This document shows, in pieces, positions 34,931 through 43,917 of a stretch of DNA of 64,000 bases. Source of the DNA: a virus (Duplodnaviria; Caudoviricetes); the IMG/VR virus record IMGVR_UViG_3300009031_000221, positions 472,054-536,053 of that record; one strand, given 5' to 3'. The stretch's first letter is position 1; each line of letters opens with the position of its first letter. A model generated the notes under the pieces. The model searched no databases. It worked only from the letters and a program-made list of their open reading frames with translations, and was not told the DNA's origin. A program made the position numbers and the translations under genes.

Positions 34931-35425
34931 CTACTTCATGTACCGGGAAGCAACACGGGATGCAATCTTGCCATCCTTCATCCGTTGCCCCAACAAGTAC
35001 AACGGCGTTTCGTGGCTATCCGCCAACCCGGCAAGGAAGTTATCCATACCAAGAGTGAGTTCCTCAGATTCATCTAGAGCATCAACAGTGTTGGTGATGG
35101 CATCCTGAAGCCCTTCCTCCACCATGTAAGCACGGGCAACAAGGTCAGGTTCCTCAGCCCACTTGGCTGCAAATGCTGCCTGCATACGAGTTTGTTGCAC
35201 GAGGTCTACAGATTCTGTTCCATACATGGCAACCATCTTCTCTGCCAACCCATCGATCTCGCCGGGGAAGCTTCCATAGAGGCGCCCAAACAATTCATGG
35301 TCGGCATAGAAGTTGGAACCCTTGGACTGCCAATGTGCCGTCCAGTGATTCTGATAAGCAGCATGAAGGTATGCCAGCAATGTTTGGCAGGACTCGGTTT
35401 GTGCGGCTCGCTTATTCATGGTCAT
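34931..35425 (-). CDS. Dps/ferritin-like protein
   Basis: HWQSKGSNFYADHELFGRLY...EIDGLAE ferroxidase-type motif; C-terminal IASRVASRY. Confidence 0.8.
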   Translation of the reverse strand: MTMNKRAAQTESCQTLLAYLHAAYQNHWTAHWQSKGSNFYADHELFGRLYGSFPGEIDGLAEKMVAMYGTESVDLVQQTRMQAAFAAKWAEEPDLVARAYMVEEGLQDAITNTVDALDESEELTLGMDNFLAGLADSHETPLYLLGQRMKDGKIASRVASRYMK

Positions 35426-35429
35426 TTCC

Positions 35430-35894
35430 TCAATAGATGGTCACGTTGACGCGAAACGGATGCTTCGCATAAAACTCCGCAATCGCGAAGGATGAAACCC
35501 TCGGATACTTGCGTCCTGACCATACGTCCTCATGAACATGATCAGGTTGTACAGGGCCAAAGTCCTGCAAAGGTGTGGTCACAGAATCTACGACTATCTT
35601 ACCGCCCGATGCTTTCGCCATGCGGCCTACGGTTGCCTTGATTACGGATGCAATTCGTCCCGGTGTGATCTTGTCCGTGCTGTTCATGTCCTCCCGCTTG
35701 GGGACAGCCGCAAATACATGTATTTGACCCGTTACGTTAGGACCGTTCTCATTGTAACTGTCCACTCGTGCCCGATTGACACCCGGCAAGTCATGCAACT
35801 CATCCGCAATACCGTCCAACACAGCAATACGGGCAATATCCCGTCCTATGAATTGACGTGCTACTCGATCAGCCATGAATTTACTAGGCATCAT
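35430..35894 (-). CDS. hypothetical protein with RVAxR motif
   Basis: MADRVARQF. Confidence 0.6.
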   Translation of the reverse strand: MMPSKFMADRVARQFIGRDIARIAVLDGIADELHDLPGVNRARVDSYNENGPNVTGQIHVFAAVPKREDMNSTDKITPGRIASVIKATVGRMAKASGGKIVVDSVTTPLQDFGPVQPDHVHEDVWSGRKYPRVSSFAIAEFYAKHPFRVNVTIY

Positions 35895-35903
35895 ATGTAA
35901 GTC

Positions 35904-36266
35904 CTACATGAAGGCGTCAATTTCATTGAGCAGTTCTCGCACATGACCTAGCGAACCGACGAATCCCCAGTTCTTGGGGTCTCGCTTGAATAGAATTACA
36001 TCTTGCTTCAATTTTCGGCGGATACTGACCAAAAGGGCATCAATTTCAGCCATACGCTTCCGGTAAGCTTCTTCAGCAGTATCTTCGGCCACCCGACGCA
36101 TCCATTGACGGGCTACACGTTCACTTGCGGTCTTGAATTCATAATCGGGCTTCATCTTCTTGTAGATGCCCATGATGTAGGCATAATCTTCGTCCTTGCC
36201 TTGTTCTTTGGCAATAGACTTGGCCTTCTGCCACTTCTTTTCGTCTTCAGGTGTCTTAGTAGGCAT
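35904..36266 (-). CDS. hypothetical protein with RVAxR motif
   Basis: TASERVARQW; start placed at MPTK. Confidence 0.6.
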   Translation of the reverse strand: MPTKTPEDEKKWQKAKSIAKEQGKDEDYAYIMGIYKKMKPDYEFKTASERVARQWMRRVAEDTAEEAYRKRMAEIDALLVSIRRKLKQDVILFKRDPKNWGFVGSLGHVRELLNEIDAFM

Positions 36267-36315
36267 TACACAAACCCTTGGTACAAATCCTACCAAGGGC
36301 TATCGTATAAGGACG

Positions 36316-36630
36316 CTACCGATTCCCAGGAAACTTGCCGTGCATGATGTCACGAATCATCTTGTTCGGATTCCTAGAGTCATTGTTGTGAATCAGAGAT
36401 TCCATACGGCTTGCCATGGCAATCCACAACCGGTATTCCGCCAAGGTGGGGAGCGTACATTCATCCGCCATCTTGCGAAGGGCTTGGGGATCCGGCAGTG
36501 CTCTGCGATCCCGGCCACCGGGCAGGAGGTTACGAAACTCCAGGCAATCCCCGCCGTACCAACCATGGGTGGAAATATGCTGAAAGCGCACAATGCGAAC
36601 AGCCATCCGCTGAAGGTCGAGGGGAGTCAT
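36316..36630 (-). CDS. hypothetical protein
   Basis: operon continuity; MAVRIVRF variant motif. Confidence 0.5.
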   Translation of the reverse strand: MTPLDLQRMAVRIVRFQHISTHGWYGGDCLEFRNLLPGGRDRRALPDPQALRKMADECTLPTLAEYRLWIAMASRMESLIHNNDSRNPNKMIRDIMHGKFPGNR

Positions 36631-36633
36631 GGA

Positions 36634-37158
36634 TTAGCCCGCCTTGTGCGTGACAGCCAACACCACTCGGTGATGCGGACGACCCTCGTCCTGGCTATTT
36701 GCATCCGTGATCTGAACCTGCTGCACGGCGTCGATGTCCGTGAACATGCTGACCTTGGGAACGGTTCGACCTTCATTATGAGGAACCACGTCTTCCCGCA
36801 TGGAGGCGTAACCCTCATCCAGGGTGCGGAAGCCATCGGAGCGCCAGCACGAATCATGATACGAGGTCATCTTCCACTGCTCGGGCTTGACCGCTTCGAA
36901 CCGACTGCCCGTGTACGCCCACACCTTCGTGTAATTGGTCAGGCGGGAAAACAGGAAGTGAAAGTACCGCGTGCTTTCCGCCGGCGTCTCGTTGTCATGA
37001 GGATCGGGGCACACGATGAGGCCCCCCGTACGGGACTTGGTTGCACCGTAATTGGTCATCGTGGCACGCATGCGGATGTACAATCCATGCTGGGTACCAA
37101 CCGGCAGCATGTTTTCGACCAGTACCACAAGGGCATGTTCAGCGCGAAGTTCAAGCAT
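36634..37158 (-). CDS. hypothetical protein
   Basis: AGGAGG RBS. Confidence 0.6.
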   Translation of the reverse strand: MLELRAEHALVVLVENMLPVGTQHGLYIRMRATMTNYGATKSRTGGLIVCPDPHDNETPAESTRYFHFLFSRLTNYTKVWAYTGSRFEAVKPEQWKMTSYHDSCWRSDGFRTLDEGYASMREDVVPHNEGRTVPKVSMFTDIDAVQQVQITDANSQDEGRPHHRVVLAVTHKAG

Positions 37159-37170
37159 GACTGGTTCCTC

Positions 37171-37476
37171 CTACAGGGTAATCATTGCGTCAAGCAATGC
37201 CTTGGCATTCTTGAGCCCGATTCCAGGAATGGCCTCAAGCATGAACTTCATGGCATTGAGGAGGTTGGGGTACTTGTAACCATCCGGATGCACGGAGAAG
37301 TGCCATGCGCTATGGCCAATCGGGGGCGGGGAACTGGATTTCCGACGATCCGTGTAAAGGATTTCGCGTGCCTCCGCAAGCGTGTCATTCGATACAAGAA
37401 CGACCGTGCCATCCTGCAACATGACCCGCTTGAAATTGCTCTGGCACTTCGGGAGAAGGCTGATAAGGGATGTCAT
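37171..37476 (-). CDS. hypothetical protein with L7/L12-CTD-like C-terminus
   Basis: AAGGA RBS; AMKFMLEAIPGIGLKNAKALLD. Confidence 0.55.
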   Translation of the reverse strand: MTSLISLLPKCQSNFKRVMLQDGTVVLVSNDTLAEAREILYTDRRKSSSPPPIGHSAWHFSVHPDGYKYPNLLNAMKFMLEAIPGIGLKNAKALLDAMITL

Positions 37477-37487
37477 CGTCGTTTCCT

Positions 37488-37811
37488 TTAGATTCGTGCG
37501 ACCAGATTTGCCCATGACGCCGCATCCGCCGCCTTGTCTTCCGCCAGGGTGATGCGATCCTCGCCAGCCAACGTGTCAACCGCTTCCGCCAGGAGGGCAC
37601 CGAAGTTGATGCAGTTCCAACCCTCGCCGAAGTCGATCGCGAGGATGTTCCCGCGGTGCGATTCCAGGGTCGTCATGTACCAACCCGCACCAGCACCTTC
37701 CATCCGAAGGATCCAATCCTTCTTGGAAAAGCCCGGGCGATCCGTTTCGGTCAGGGTGACAGGGTAGGAATGCCCGCGGTTGTCAATGGCGCGAATGGTC
37801 AGGGTCTTCAT
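37488..37811 (-). CDS. hypothetical protein
   Basis: GAGGA RBS downstream of promoter 37860. Confidence 0.65.
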   Translation of the reverse strand: MKTLTIRAIDNRGHSYPVTLTETDRPGFSKKDWILRMEGAGAGWYMTTLESHRGNILAIDFGEGWNCINFGALLAEAVDTLAGEDRITLAEDKAADAASWANLVARI

Positions 37812-37859
37812 CGTAAGTTCCTCAGGGATGGTCGTGCCGTAGCAGCCTCCCTATGGATC

Positions 37860-37888
37860 ATCTACGCTGTCGAAGACGAAAGTAAGTC
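37860..37888 (-). promoter_or_regulatory. conserved phage promoter motif copy
   Basis: GACTTACTTTC-N10-GCGTAGAT. Confidence 0.8.
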
Positions 37889-37889
37889 A

Positions 37890-38087
37890 CTACTGGAAAA
37901 GATGATCCCCAGCCCGCAAAATCCTTTGAATGCGGCGCCTTCGTTCGATGACACTTAGCACACCGATCACAACAGGAATGGCAGCAAGGGCAAAGAAGAT
38001 TGCAGCAATCACCCCGGAATTGTGGACATGCCCATCCTCAGGAAGGATGTCCCACCATGTTCCGAAATAGATCCACAGGTTATACAT
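37890..38087 (-). CDS. small membrane protein
   Basis: single TM; overlaps stop of upstream gene. Confidence 0.55.
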   Translation of the reverse strand: MYNLWIYFGTWWDILPEDGHVHNSGVIAAIFFALAAIPVVIGVLSVIERRRRIQRILRAGDHLFQ

Positions 38088-38814
38088 CGATGATCAAGCT
38101 CTGGTTGAAGTCCGTGTCTTCCCGAGGATAGCCCAAAGGATTGCACACGACCCGCGTGGCGTTGCCCGAACCCGTCAAGTAGTCACAGGGGCTATGCGTA
38201 TGCCCGTGAATCCAGATTGCAGGCTCATGACGGTCAATCTCGGCATCCATTTCGCACACGAAGAACGCATTCAAGGCGCTACCCTTGTAGCGGGGATCCA
38301 CCGACTGCTGCGACGGCAAGTGGTGCGTCACCACGATGTCTCCCGCTTCCATCCGCGAATCCAGGAAACGCCGTGAAGCCGAATTCGCATCATAGACCCA
38401 GGGCTTGAACCCCTTGATCAACTTGAAGTCCGCCAACTGATGTTCATGCCAGAACGCCATGGGATTCTCGCGAAACCACAACGTGGCACCCAGGAACCGA
38501 TGCCCCATGTGTTCCCACACTTCGTTCTCCAACCAATGCAGGTTCGGAATCAAAGCGTTGAACGACACTCGCATCGCTTCCACTTGATCAGGCGTGCTGT
38601 AGTACACGTCGTGGTTGCCATTGACCATGACAACCTGCGGATATTTCGCACAAATGCTTCGCAGCATCGTGCCGTATCCTTTATGACAGGCTTCCGCCAA
38701 ATCCCCCGCGATGACCAGCACATCCACGTTCGTAGGATCCAGGCTTGCGATGAATGCAGCACCTTCATCCCTATGGAAGTCCAGGTGAAGGTCTGACAGG
38801 ATTTGCATTCGCAT
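38080..38814 (-). CDS. calcineurin-like metallophosphoesterase
   Basis: SDLH, AGDL, GNHD, THH, HGHTH. Confidence 0.9.
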   Translation of the reverse strand: MRMQILSDLHLDFHRDEGAAFIASLDPTNVDVLVIAGDLAEACHKGYGTMLRSICAKYPQVVMVNGNHDVYYSTPDQVEAMRVSFNALIPNLHWLENEVWEHMGHRFLGATLWFRENPMAFWHEHQLADFKLIKGFKPWVYDANSASRRFLDSRMEAGDIVVTHHLPSQQSVDPRYKGSALNAFFVCEMDAEIDRHEPAIWIHGHTHSPCDYLTGSGNATRVVCNPLGYPREDTDFNQSLIIDV

Positions 38815-38816
38815 GG

Positions 38817-39059
38817 CTACCGGCTCCTCTGATTGCGGTGCAATTGTATCGCCTTCCTACCATCTGTCAACGCTTCTTCACGGGTGTTGAACGGCCCCGT
38901 CCAACCATCATCCGCACCCCACCAGTGCCCAGGAGATGAAGGAACCTTCACCTGGATACCAGAACGCTTCATCGCATCCACGTAGAACTGATCCACATAG
39001 ATGACAGCGGGCTCCCGGCCCGTGAACCATTCAGCGATGCGATATGGTGTGTTCTTCAT
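38817..39059 (-). CDS. hypothetical protein
   Basis: start placed at MKNTPY downstream of promoter 39093. Confidence 0.5.
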   Translation of the reverse strand: MKNTPYRIAEWFTGREPAVIYVDQFYVDAMKRSGIQVKVPSSPGHWWGADDGWTGPFNTREEALTDGRKAIQLHRNQRSR

Positions 39060-39092
39060 TTTCCATGACCCACAGGACATCCTGTGTGGTCT

Positions 39093-39121
39093 ATCTACGC
39101 TACTGAAGGAAGAAGTAAGCC
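39093..39121 (-). promoter_or_regulatory. conserved phage promoter motif copy
   Basis: GGCTTACTTCT-N10-GCGTAGAT. Confidence 0.75.
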
Positions 39122-39126
39122 GAAGC

Positions 39127-39798
39127 CTAATCCATTGCACAATAGGTGTGATACTTGATGCCTTCTTTCTGCATGAGTTCCAAAATCTGATAGAACCGCA
39201 GATTCTGTACCTTCGCCATGTTGTCCTTGATCCAACGGTAGAACGCAGGGACAGATGCCTTCCCACCCTTTGCCGCGGGGATACATACTGGGAGGTTGTT
39301 CTTATCCATGCGATCCCGAATGACAAATGAATCATAGGTCGCTTCAATGAATACATCCCCGGTACGAATCTCAATAGGTTCATATCCAGCGGGCATAACT
39401 GCGATACCCTTTTCCTGATGAACCTCAAGATCCAATCGTTCCCCCAAGGCCTTGGAACGACTTACAAGCTGTTGTGCCATCGCCAAAGCCGCATCATAAC
39501 GCATGTTCTTCAAACGGAAACCGAACCTGATGATGTCATCGCCCAGAGCTTCATCCCGAACATCATCAATGTGGTATAGGGCGAATACATCAACGGTCTT
39601 GCCACGCTTACCGGCATTGGTCAGATCCCATACACGATAGGCTGTACGGAAAGCATGGAACCGAATGTTTGGACCTTCAAAAGTATTCCCCGTCAATGCA
39701 GAATCTGCATGCTTGCGAAGCAATGGCACGAGATGCTTTCGCAATTCAGGGTTGCTATGTGCAAGTTTGGCAACACGATGATAGAGTTGATCAGGCAT
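39127..39798 (-). CDS. hypothetical protein (probable virion-associated)
   Basis: N-terminal LYHRVAKLAHSNPELRKHLVPLLRKHA leader. Confidence 0.65.
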   Translation of the reverse strand: MPDQLYHRVAKLAHSNPELRKHLVPLLRKHADSALTGNTFEGPNIRFHAFRTAYRVWDLTNAGKRGKTVDVFALYHIDDVRDEALGDDIIRFGFRLKNMRYDAALAMAQQLVSRSKALGERLDLEVHQEKGIAVMPAGYEPIEIRTGDVFIEATYDSFVIRDRMDKNNLPVCIPAAKGGKASVPAFYRWIKDNMAKVQNLRFYQILELMQKEGIKYHTYCAMD

Positions 39799-39856
39799 GT
39801 GTAGAGTCCTATGGGCAAAGTCCTATAGGTCATGCGCTATAGGATGGCTACCGCAA

Positions 39857-39885
39857 GGCTTACTTTTCGTCAGTTTAGCGTAGAT
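39857..39885 (+). promoter_or_regulatory. conserved phage promoter motif copy
   Basis: GGCTTACTTTT-N10-GCGTAGAT. Confidence 0.8.
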
Positions 39886-39915
39886 CCCTTGTGCCTCTAT
39901 GAGGCCTTGGGAGTC

Positions 39916-40071
39916 ATGATGTTGCTTGAAATGGGAATCGGGGATGCTTACGGAGCAGGGCGTGAATACGCCGACCCCAAGGATGTTGCTGCAAACAATG
40001 ATGGCAAGTCCTACGTCCAGCATCAAAAGTGGGAGGAACTTGCCCCCGGGCGTTACACGGACGATACTTGA
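39916..40071 (+). pseudogene. stranded 5' fragment of ADP-ribosylglycohydrolase
   Basis: 51 aa, 27/51 identical without gaps to the N-terminus of 40717..41661, stops right after TDDT. Confidence 0.8.
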
Positions 40072-40126
40072 AACCAACATGACAATGGTGTACCATGCTG
40101 GAAGGCATTTATTCACGAGGTTCCGC

Positions 40127-40720
40127 ATGGCTTTCAAATTCCACCAGAAGATTGACACTGATGACATTGTAGGAAAAACGACGGGGATGCTCACAGTTGT
40201 AGCCTTCGCTCGTAAAGAGCCTTACCTGAATAGGTACACCTACATTTATGAGTGCCTTTGTGAATGTGGCAACACAATCTTCCTGCCCCGGACATCGTTG
40301 CTCACGCCGCATACAAAATCATGTGGGTGTATCAAGGAATTGGTGCATCGAAAGGAACATAATCCTTCGTGGAGGGGGGTTGGTGACATCAGCAGCACCA
40401 TGTACCGCTATTTCAAAACGATGGCACGATCCCGTAAATTGGTTTTCGACCTGTCCAAGCAGCAACTATGGGATTTGTTCGTGAAACAGGGGAAATGCTG
40501 TGCTCTGTCCGGGGTGCCTTTGGTTTTCGATCCAGTAACGTCCAACATTTCCCCAAACACATCTGCGTCCTTGGATCGTATTGATAGCTCCAAAGGGTAC
40601 ACCTTGGACAATGTTCAATGGGTGCATAAAGAGATCAACTGGATGAAAAACAGATTTTCTCAGGACACCTTCATTCGTTGGTGTTCCCTTGTTACAAATA
40701 ACGCATCAAAGGACACATGA
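40127..40720 (+). CDS. HNH-type homing endonuclease
   Basis: GMLTVV..YECLCECG..TKSCGC; SLDRIDSSKGYTLDNVQWVHKEIN. Confidence 0.85.
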   Translation: MAFKFHQKIDTDDIVGKTTGMLTVVAFARKEPYLNRYTYIYECLCECGNTIFLPRTSLLTPHTKSCGCIKELVHRKEHNPSWRGVGDISSTMYRYFKTMARSRKLVFDLSKQQLWDLFVKQGKCCALSGVPLVFDPVTSNISPNTSASLDRIDSSKGYTLDNVQWVHKEINWMKNRFSQDTFIRWCSLVTNNASKDT

Positions 40721-41661
40721 TGATCCTCGAAATGGCTATTGCAGACGCCTATGGTTTTTGCTTTGAATTTGCACCCCCTGACTTCGTGGCACAACATAAC
40801 GAAGGCAAAACTTACATTCAGCACCCTGGTCGTTCAGGAAACACCCCAGGAAATTATAGTGATGACACGCAGATGGCGATTGCCCTTGCGGAGTTCCTTC
40901 TGTCGGGCAAGCCTCTGAATACTGCCACCCTGGCCCGGTTCTTTGTCCAAACGTTCAAGCGGGACGAACGGGCGGGATATGCAGGAGGTTTCTACAAGCT
41001 CCTCCAATCCGTCAAGTCCGGTACGGAACTTGTTCAACGGATCCAACCCGATTCCGCCAAGTCAGGCGGAGCAATGCGTGCCGCACCTTGTGGATTGCTG
41101 AGCACTGTTGACGAGGTTTGTGACGTTGCAATGTGGCAGGCCAGCGTGACCCATGCCACCCGCGATGGAATGAATTCCGCCGCAGCCGCCGCCCTATTGG
41201 TCTACGCATGTCGCAACGGTTGTGACCAGAGCTACCTGCCGTCCTTCCTGAACGACACCGTTCCCGGCTACCATTGGGACATTCCGTGGGAAGGCCCCGT
41301 TGGCGCTCCTGGCATTCATGCCGTAAAGGCAGCCCTGACCGCTCTCGTAGATGCCAAGACGCAAACAGACCTCCTCAAGCGTTGCGTGGCGTACACGGGC
41401 GATGTGGACACCGTAGCGGCAATCGCGATGGCAGCAGGATCTTTCATTCCTCCCTGGGTACTGCTGGCGGACTTGCATGGAGATCTGTGCAAGGGATTCG
41501 AGAATGACCCCTACGGTTGGTCGTTCCTGAAGAAGCTGGATGCCGCACTCCTCAAGAAGTTCCCACTCCCCAAAGTCGACGATGAAATCGTTGCCGATGA
41601 AGACCCCGCCATCGTTCCGGCTTCGGATGATGACAGTATCCTAGTTCTATTCGGGCAGTAA
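40717..41661 (+). CDS. ADP-ribosylglycohydrolase (DraG/ARH family)
   Basis: IADAYG, YSDDTQM, SGGAMRAAP, VTH, GDVDTVAAIA. Confidence 0.9.
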   Translation: MMILEMAIADAYGFCFEFAPPDFVAQHNEGKTYIQHPGRSGNTPGNYSDDTQMAIALAEFLLSGKPLNTATLARFFVQTFKRDERAGYAGGFYKLLQSVKSGTELVQRIQPDSAKSGGAMRAAPCGLLSTVDEVCDVAMWQASVTHATRDGMNSAAAAALLVYACRNGCDQSYLPSFLNDTVPGYHWDIPWEGPVGAPGIHAVKAALTALVDAKTQTDLLKRCVAYTGDVDTVAAIAMAAGSFIPPWVLLADLHGDLCKGFENDPYGWSFLKKLDAALLKKFPLPKVDDEIVADEDPAIVPASDDDSILVLFGQ

Positions 41662-41970
41662 GGAAACCAAGAAAGTCTTGCGACCGATGGATTGATAATC
41701 AATTCCCCTCCGTATAGGATTGACCATTCCCCATGGAGGGATCCATGCCGGCGGGGGGAATGGTTCGGCAACCACTTCGGTCGTGTGCATGCAAAGCAGG
41801 GCATATACCCTATCCCGATAATCCTCAGGGCAATCGTACGATCCAGATTCTGCAATGGTGCGAGCGTCCCGCAAACTAATGCCTGGAACGAGGATACGAA
41901 GGGCTCGCATCATAGCCCGCTTGGCATTCAACTCCATTAATGGAGTGAACGTGATCTTCAATGTGTACAT
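41647..41970 (-). CDS. hypothetical protein with L7/L12-CTD-like segment
   Basis: KRAMMRALRILVPGISLRDARTIAE. Confidence 0.5.
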   Translation of the reverse strand: MYTLKITFTPLMELNAKRAMMRALRILVPGISLRDARTIAESGSYDCPEDYRDRVYALLCMHTTEVVAEPFPPPAWIPPWGMVNPIRRGIDYQSIGRKTFLVSLLPE

Positions 41971-41995
41971 GTGCTAGACCTCAAATGTTTACATC

Positions 41996-43102
41996 CTAAC
42001 CGAACATATCAGATATGGGATCTAGGATTCCATCGTGGGAACTCGGGGGGGGCATACCCAACAGACGATTATTCGCCATGTTAATATACGATTCATTCAA
42101 GTCCAATCCAATATAGTCTCGACCCTCAGTGAATGCAACGAGACCTGTTGTGGCGGAACCTGAGAAGGGATCCAAAACTACACACCGTTTCAATGATCCA
42201 TCCGGACATTTGCAATTAGATTGCAATGAATGACTATCACGACGTTCCCAAGGGGTTCCACAAGTTGCACAACACCCGTGTTGACTCGTACCCGCACGAA
42301 TCATGGGCATGACAAGATCTGTAGGCCAAGTGGCAAAGTGCGCTCCCTGATAGGATTGTGTGTTGACGTTCCATATCGTCCGTTTGTTTCGCCCTATTTG
42401 GCCATCAATATTCTGATTGCATGCCGTGCCGTATTCCCTAATGGCATTTGCATCGTAGAAGTACTTTTCGTTCTTCGTCATCAGGAAGATGTATTCATGC
42501 GATTTCGTGCATCGGTCCTTTACTGTCTCCGGCATTGGATTGGGTTTGGCCCAGATGATGTCATTGCGTAAATACCAACCATCTGCCTGAAGGGCGAATG
42601 CCACACGCCAAGGAATCCCTACCAAGTCCTTTGCTTTCATCCCCCCAATACCGACGGTGCTTTTCCTCATATTTTCAATGAATCCGGGTTTATTTGACGG
42701 AGCTTCATCATCGGGGACTTGACTATTGCCATGATAACCTGAATAAGAATCCCCGAAATTCAACCACAATGTTCCGTCATCACGTAGTACACGTTTGACT
42801 TCCCGAAACACTGCCACCATGTGCCCGACAAATGCCCATGGGTCTGCTTCTAACCCCAGGGCAACTGTTTGTGGTGGAATTGTTATTGTGGGCAAACCCA
42901 GTACAGGTGCAAATGTGACTTCGGGCCATGATTGTGGTGGAACACCGTAATCACGCAAACCCCAATACGGAGGAGAAGTTGCCGTCATGTGGACAGATCC
43001 ATTACCCAACAAGGATAACCCATCCAAAACATTCACCCCATAATACAGGGTGGCTGCCGGGGGATCATCCCCTATTGCCTTCAGGATCACTTTCGATTCC
43101 AT
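41996..43102 (-). CDS. DNA amino-methyltransferase (N4C/N6A, beta class)
   Basis: TSPPY, HFATWP, VLDPFSGSATT. Confidence 0.9.
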   Translation of the reverse strand: MESKVILKAIGDDPPAATLYYGVNVLDGLSLLGNGSVHMTATSPPYWGLRDYGVPPQSWPEVTFAPVLGLPTITIPPQTVALGLEADPWAFVGHMVAVFREVKRVLRDDGTLWLNFGDSYSGYHGNSQVPDDEAPSNKPGFIENMRKSTVGIGGMKAKDLVGIPWRVAFALQADGWYLRNDIIWAKPNPMPETVKDRCTKSHEYIFLMTKNEKYFYDANAIREYGTACNQNIDGQIGRNKRTIWNVNTQSYQGAHFATWPTDLVMPMIRAGTSQHGCCATCGTPWERRDSHSLQSNCKCPDGSLKRCVVLDPFSGSATTGLVAFTEGRDYIGLDLNESYINMANNRLLGMPPPSSHDGILDPISDMFG

Positions 43103-43110
43103 GTAATCTG

Positions 43111-43917
43111 CTAGACCTCAAACAGATAGGGCTGATCCTGTCCACTGACATTCATCAAGGTGGAGTTGAGCCGCTTCACGGTCTTTGAACGATGCGTGTG
43201 TCCACAGAACTGATACACCAAGCCGGGCGTATTTGCAATGGGGGAAGCAGACTTGGAATCGTCCCAACCCATCCAAGCGTTCTGGTAATCGTACGCAGGG
43301 GATTCCCCGTACAGAAGGAACTCCGGCCCAGGAACCATGTGCGTTGCGACGACAATCTTGAGATTCCGCGACACCAAGGTTTGAATGTGCCGCCACAAGG
43401 TCATCTGGCACTGCTTGAACAAATCCATGAAGTCGAATCCCATTTCATCCTTGTGGAATTCGGAAACGGTGCGGTACAGGTCTGGGTAATTAACCGGATA
43501 CTCCGACACAATTACCTTCGGGTTTCGCCACAAGGACAAGTCATAGAATCCGAAGTTTCCGGCGAACCCCACATTATCAATCACAACGTATCCCGCATCC
43601 AACAACTGGACACCGTAGGCTTGAGCCTTGAATGCCAAGGGCTGGTGGTATTGCATGATGGATTTGCGTGGGAGAAACTCGATGTCGTTGTTCCCGGCAA
43701 CCCATAGGTGATGCTTGGCAGGAATAGCAGCCAACTTGCGGAGGCCGTCATCCAAAGTCATCGCCTGGTTGGAAGGTTCTACCAGGTCGCCGCAGAACAG
43801 GACAACATCAATCGAATCGGATCGGGCAATCCGATTCGCCGCATCGAAGACATCGTAACCGAAAGTCCCCCACCCAGGATGCCCGAGGTGAGTGTCGCTG
43901 AATACAAGTACTTTCAC
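43111..43917 (-). CDS. calcineurin-like metallophosphoesterase
   Basis: SDTH, CGDL, GNND, THM, CGHTH. Confidence 0.85.
   Translation of the reverse strand: MKVLVFSDTHLGHPGWGTFGYDVFDAANRIARSDSIDVVLFCGDLVEPSNQAMTLDDGLRKLAAIPAKHHLWVAGNNDIEFLPRKSIMQYHQPLAFKAQAYGVQLLDAGYVVIDNVGFAGNFGFYDLSLWRNPKVIVSEYPVNYPDLYRTVSEFHKDEMGFDFMDLFKQCQMTLWRHIQTLVSRNLKIVVATHMVPGPEFLLYGESPAYDYQNAWMGWDDSKSASPIANTPGLVYQFCGHTHRSKTVKRLNSTLMNVSGQDQPYLFEV

Noticed and set aside
36196-37491. Long antisense ORFs (also 10246..10962, 27933..28937, 50166..51074, 22860..23582)
   Set aside because: Shadows of real genes on the opposite strand, favoured by high GC3; no RBS or motifs
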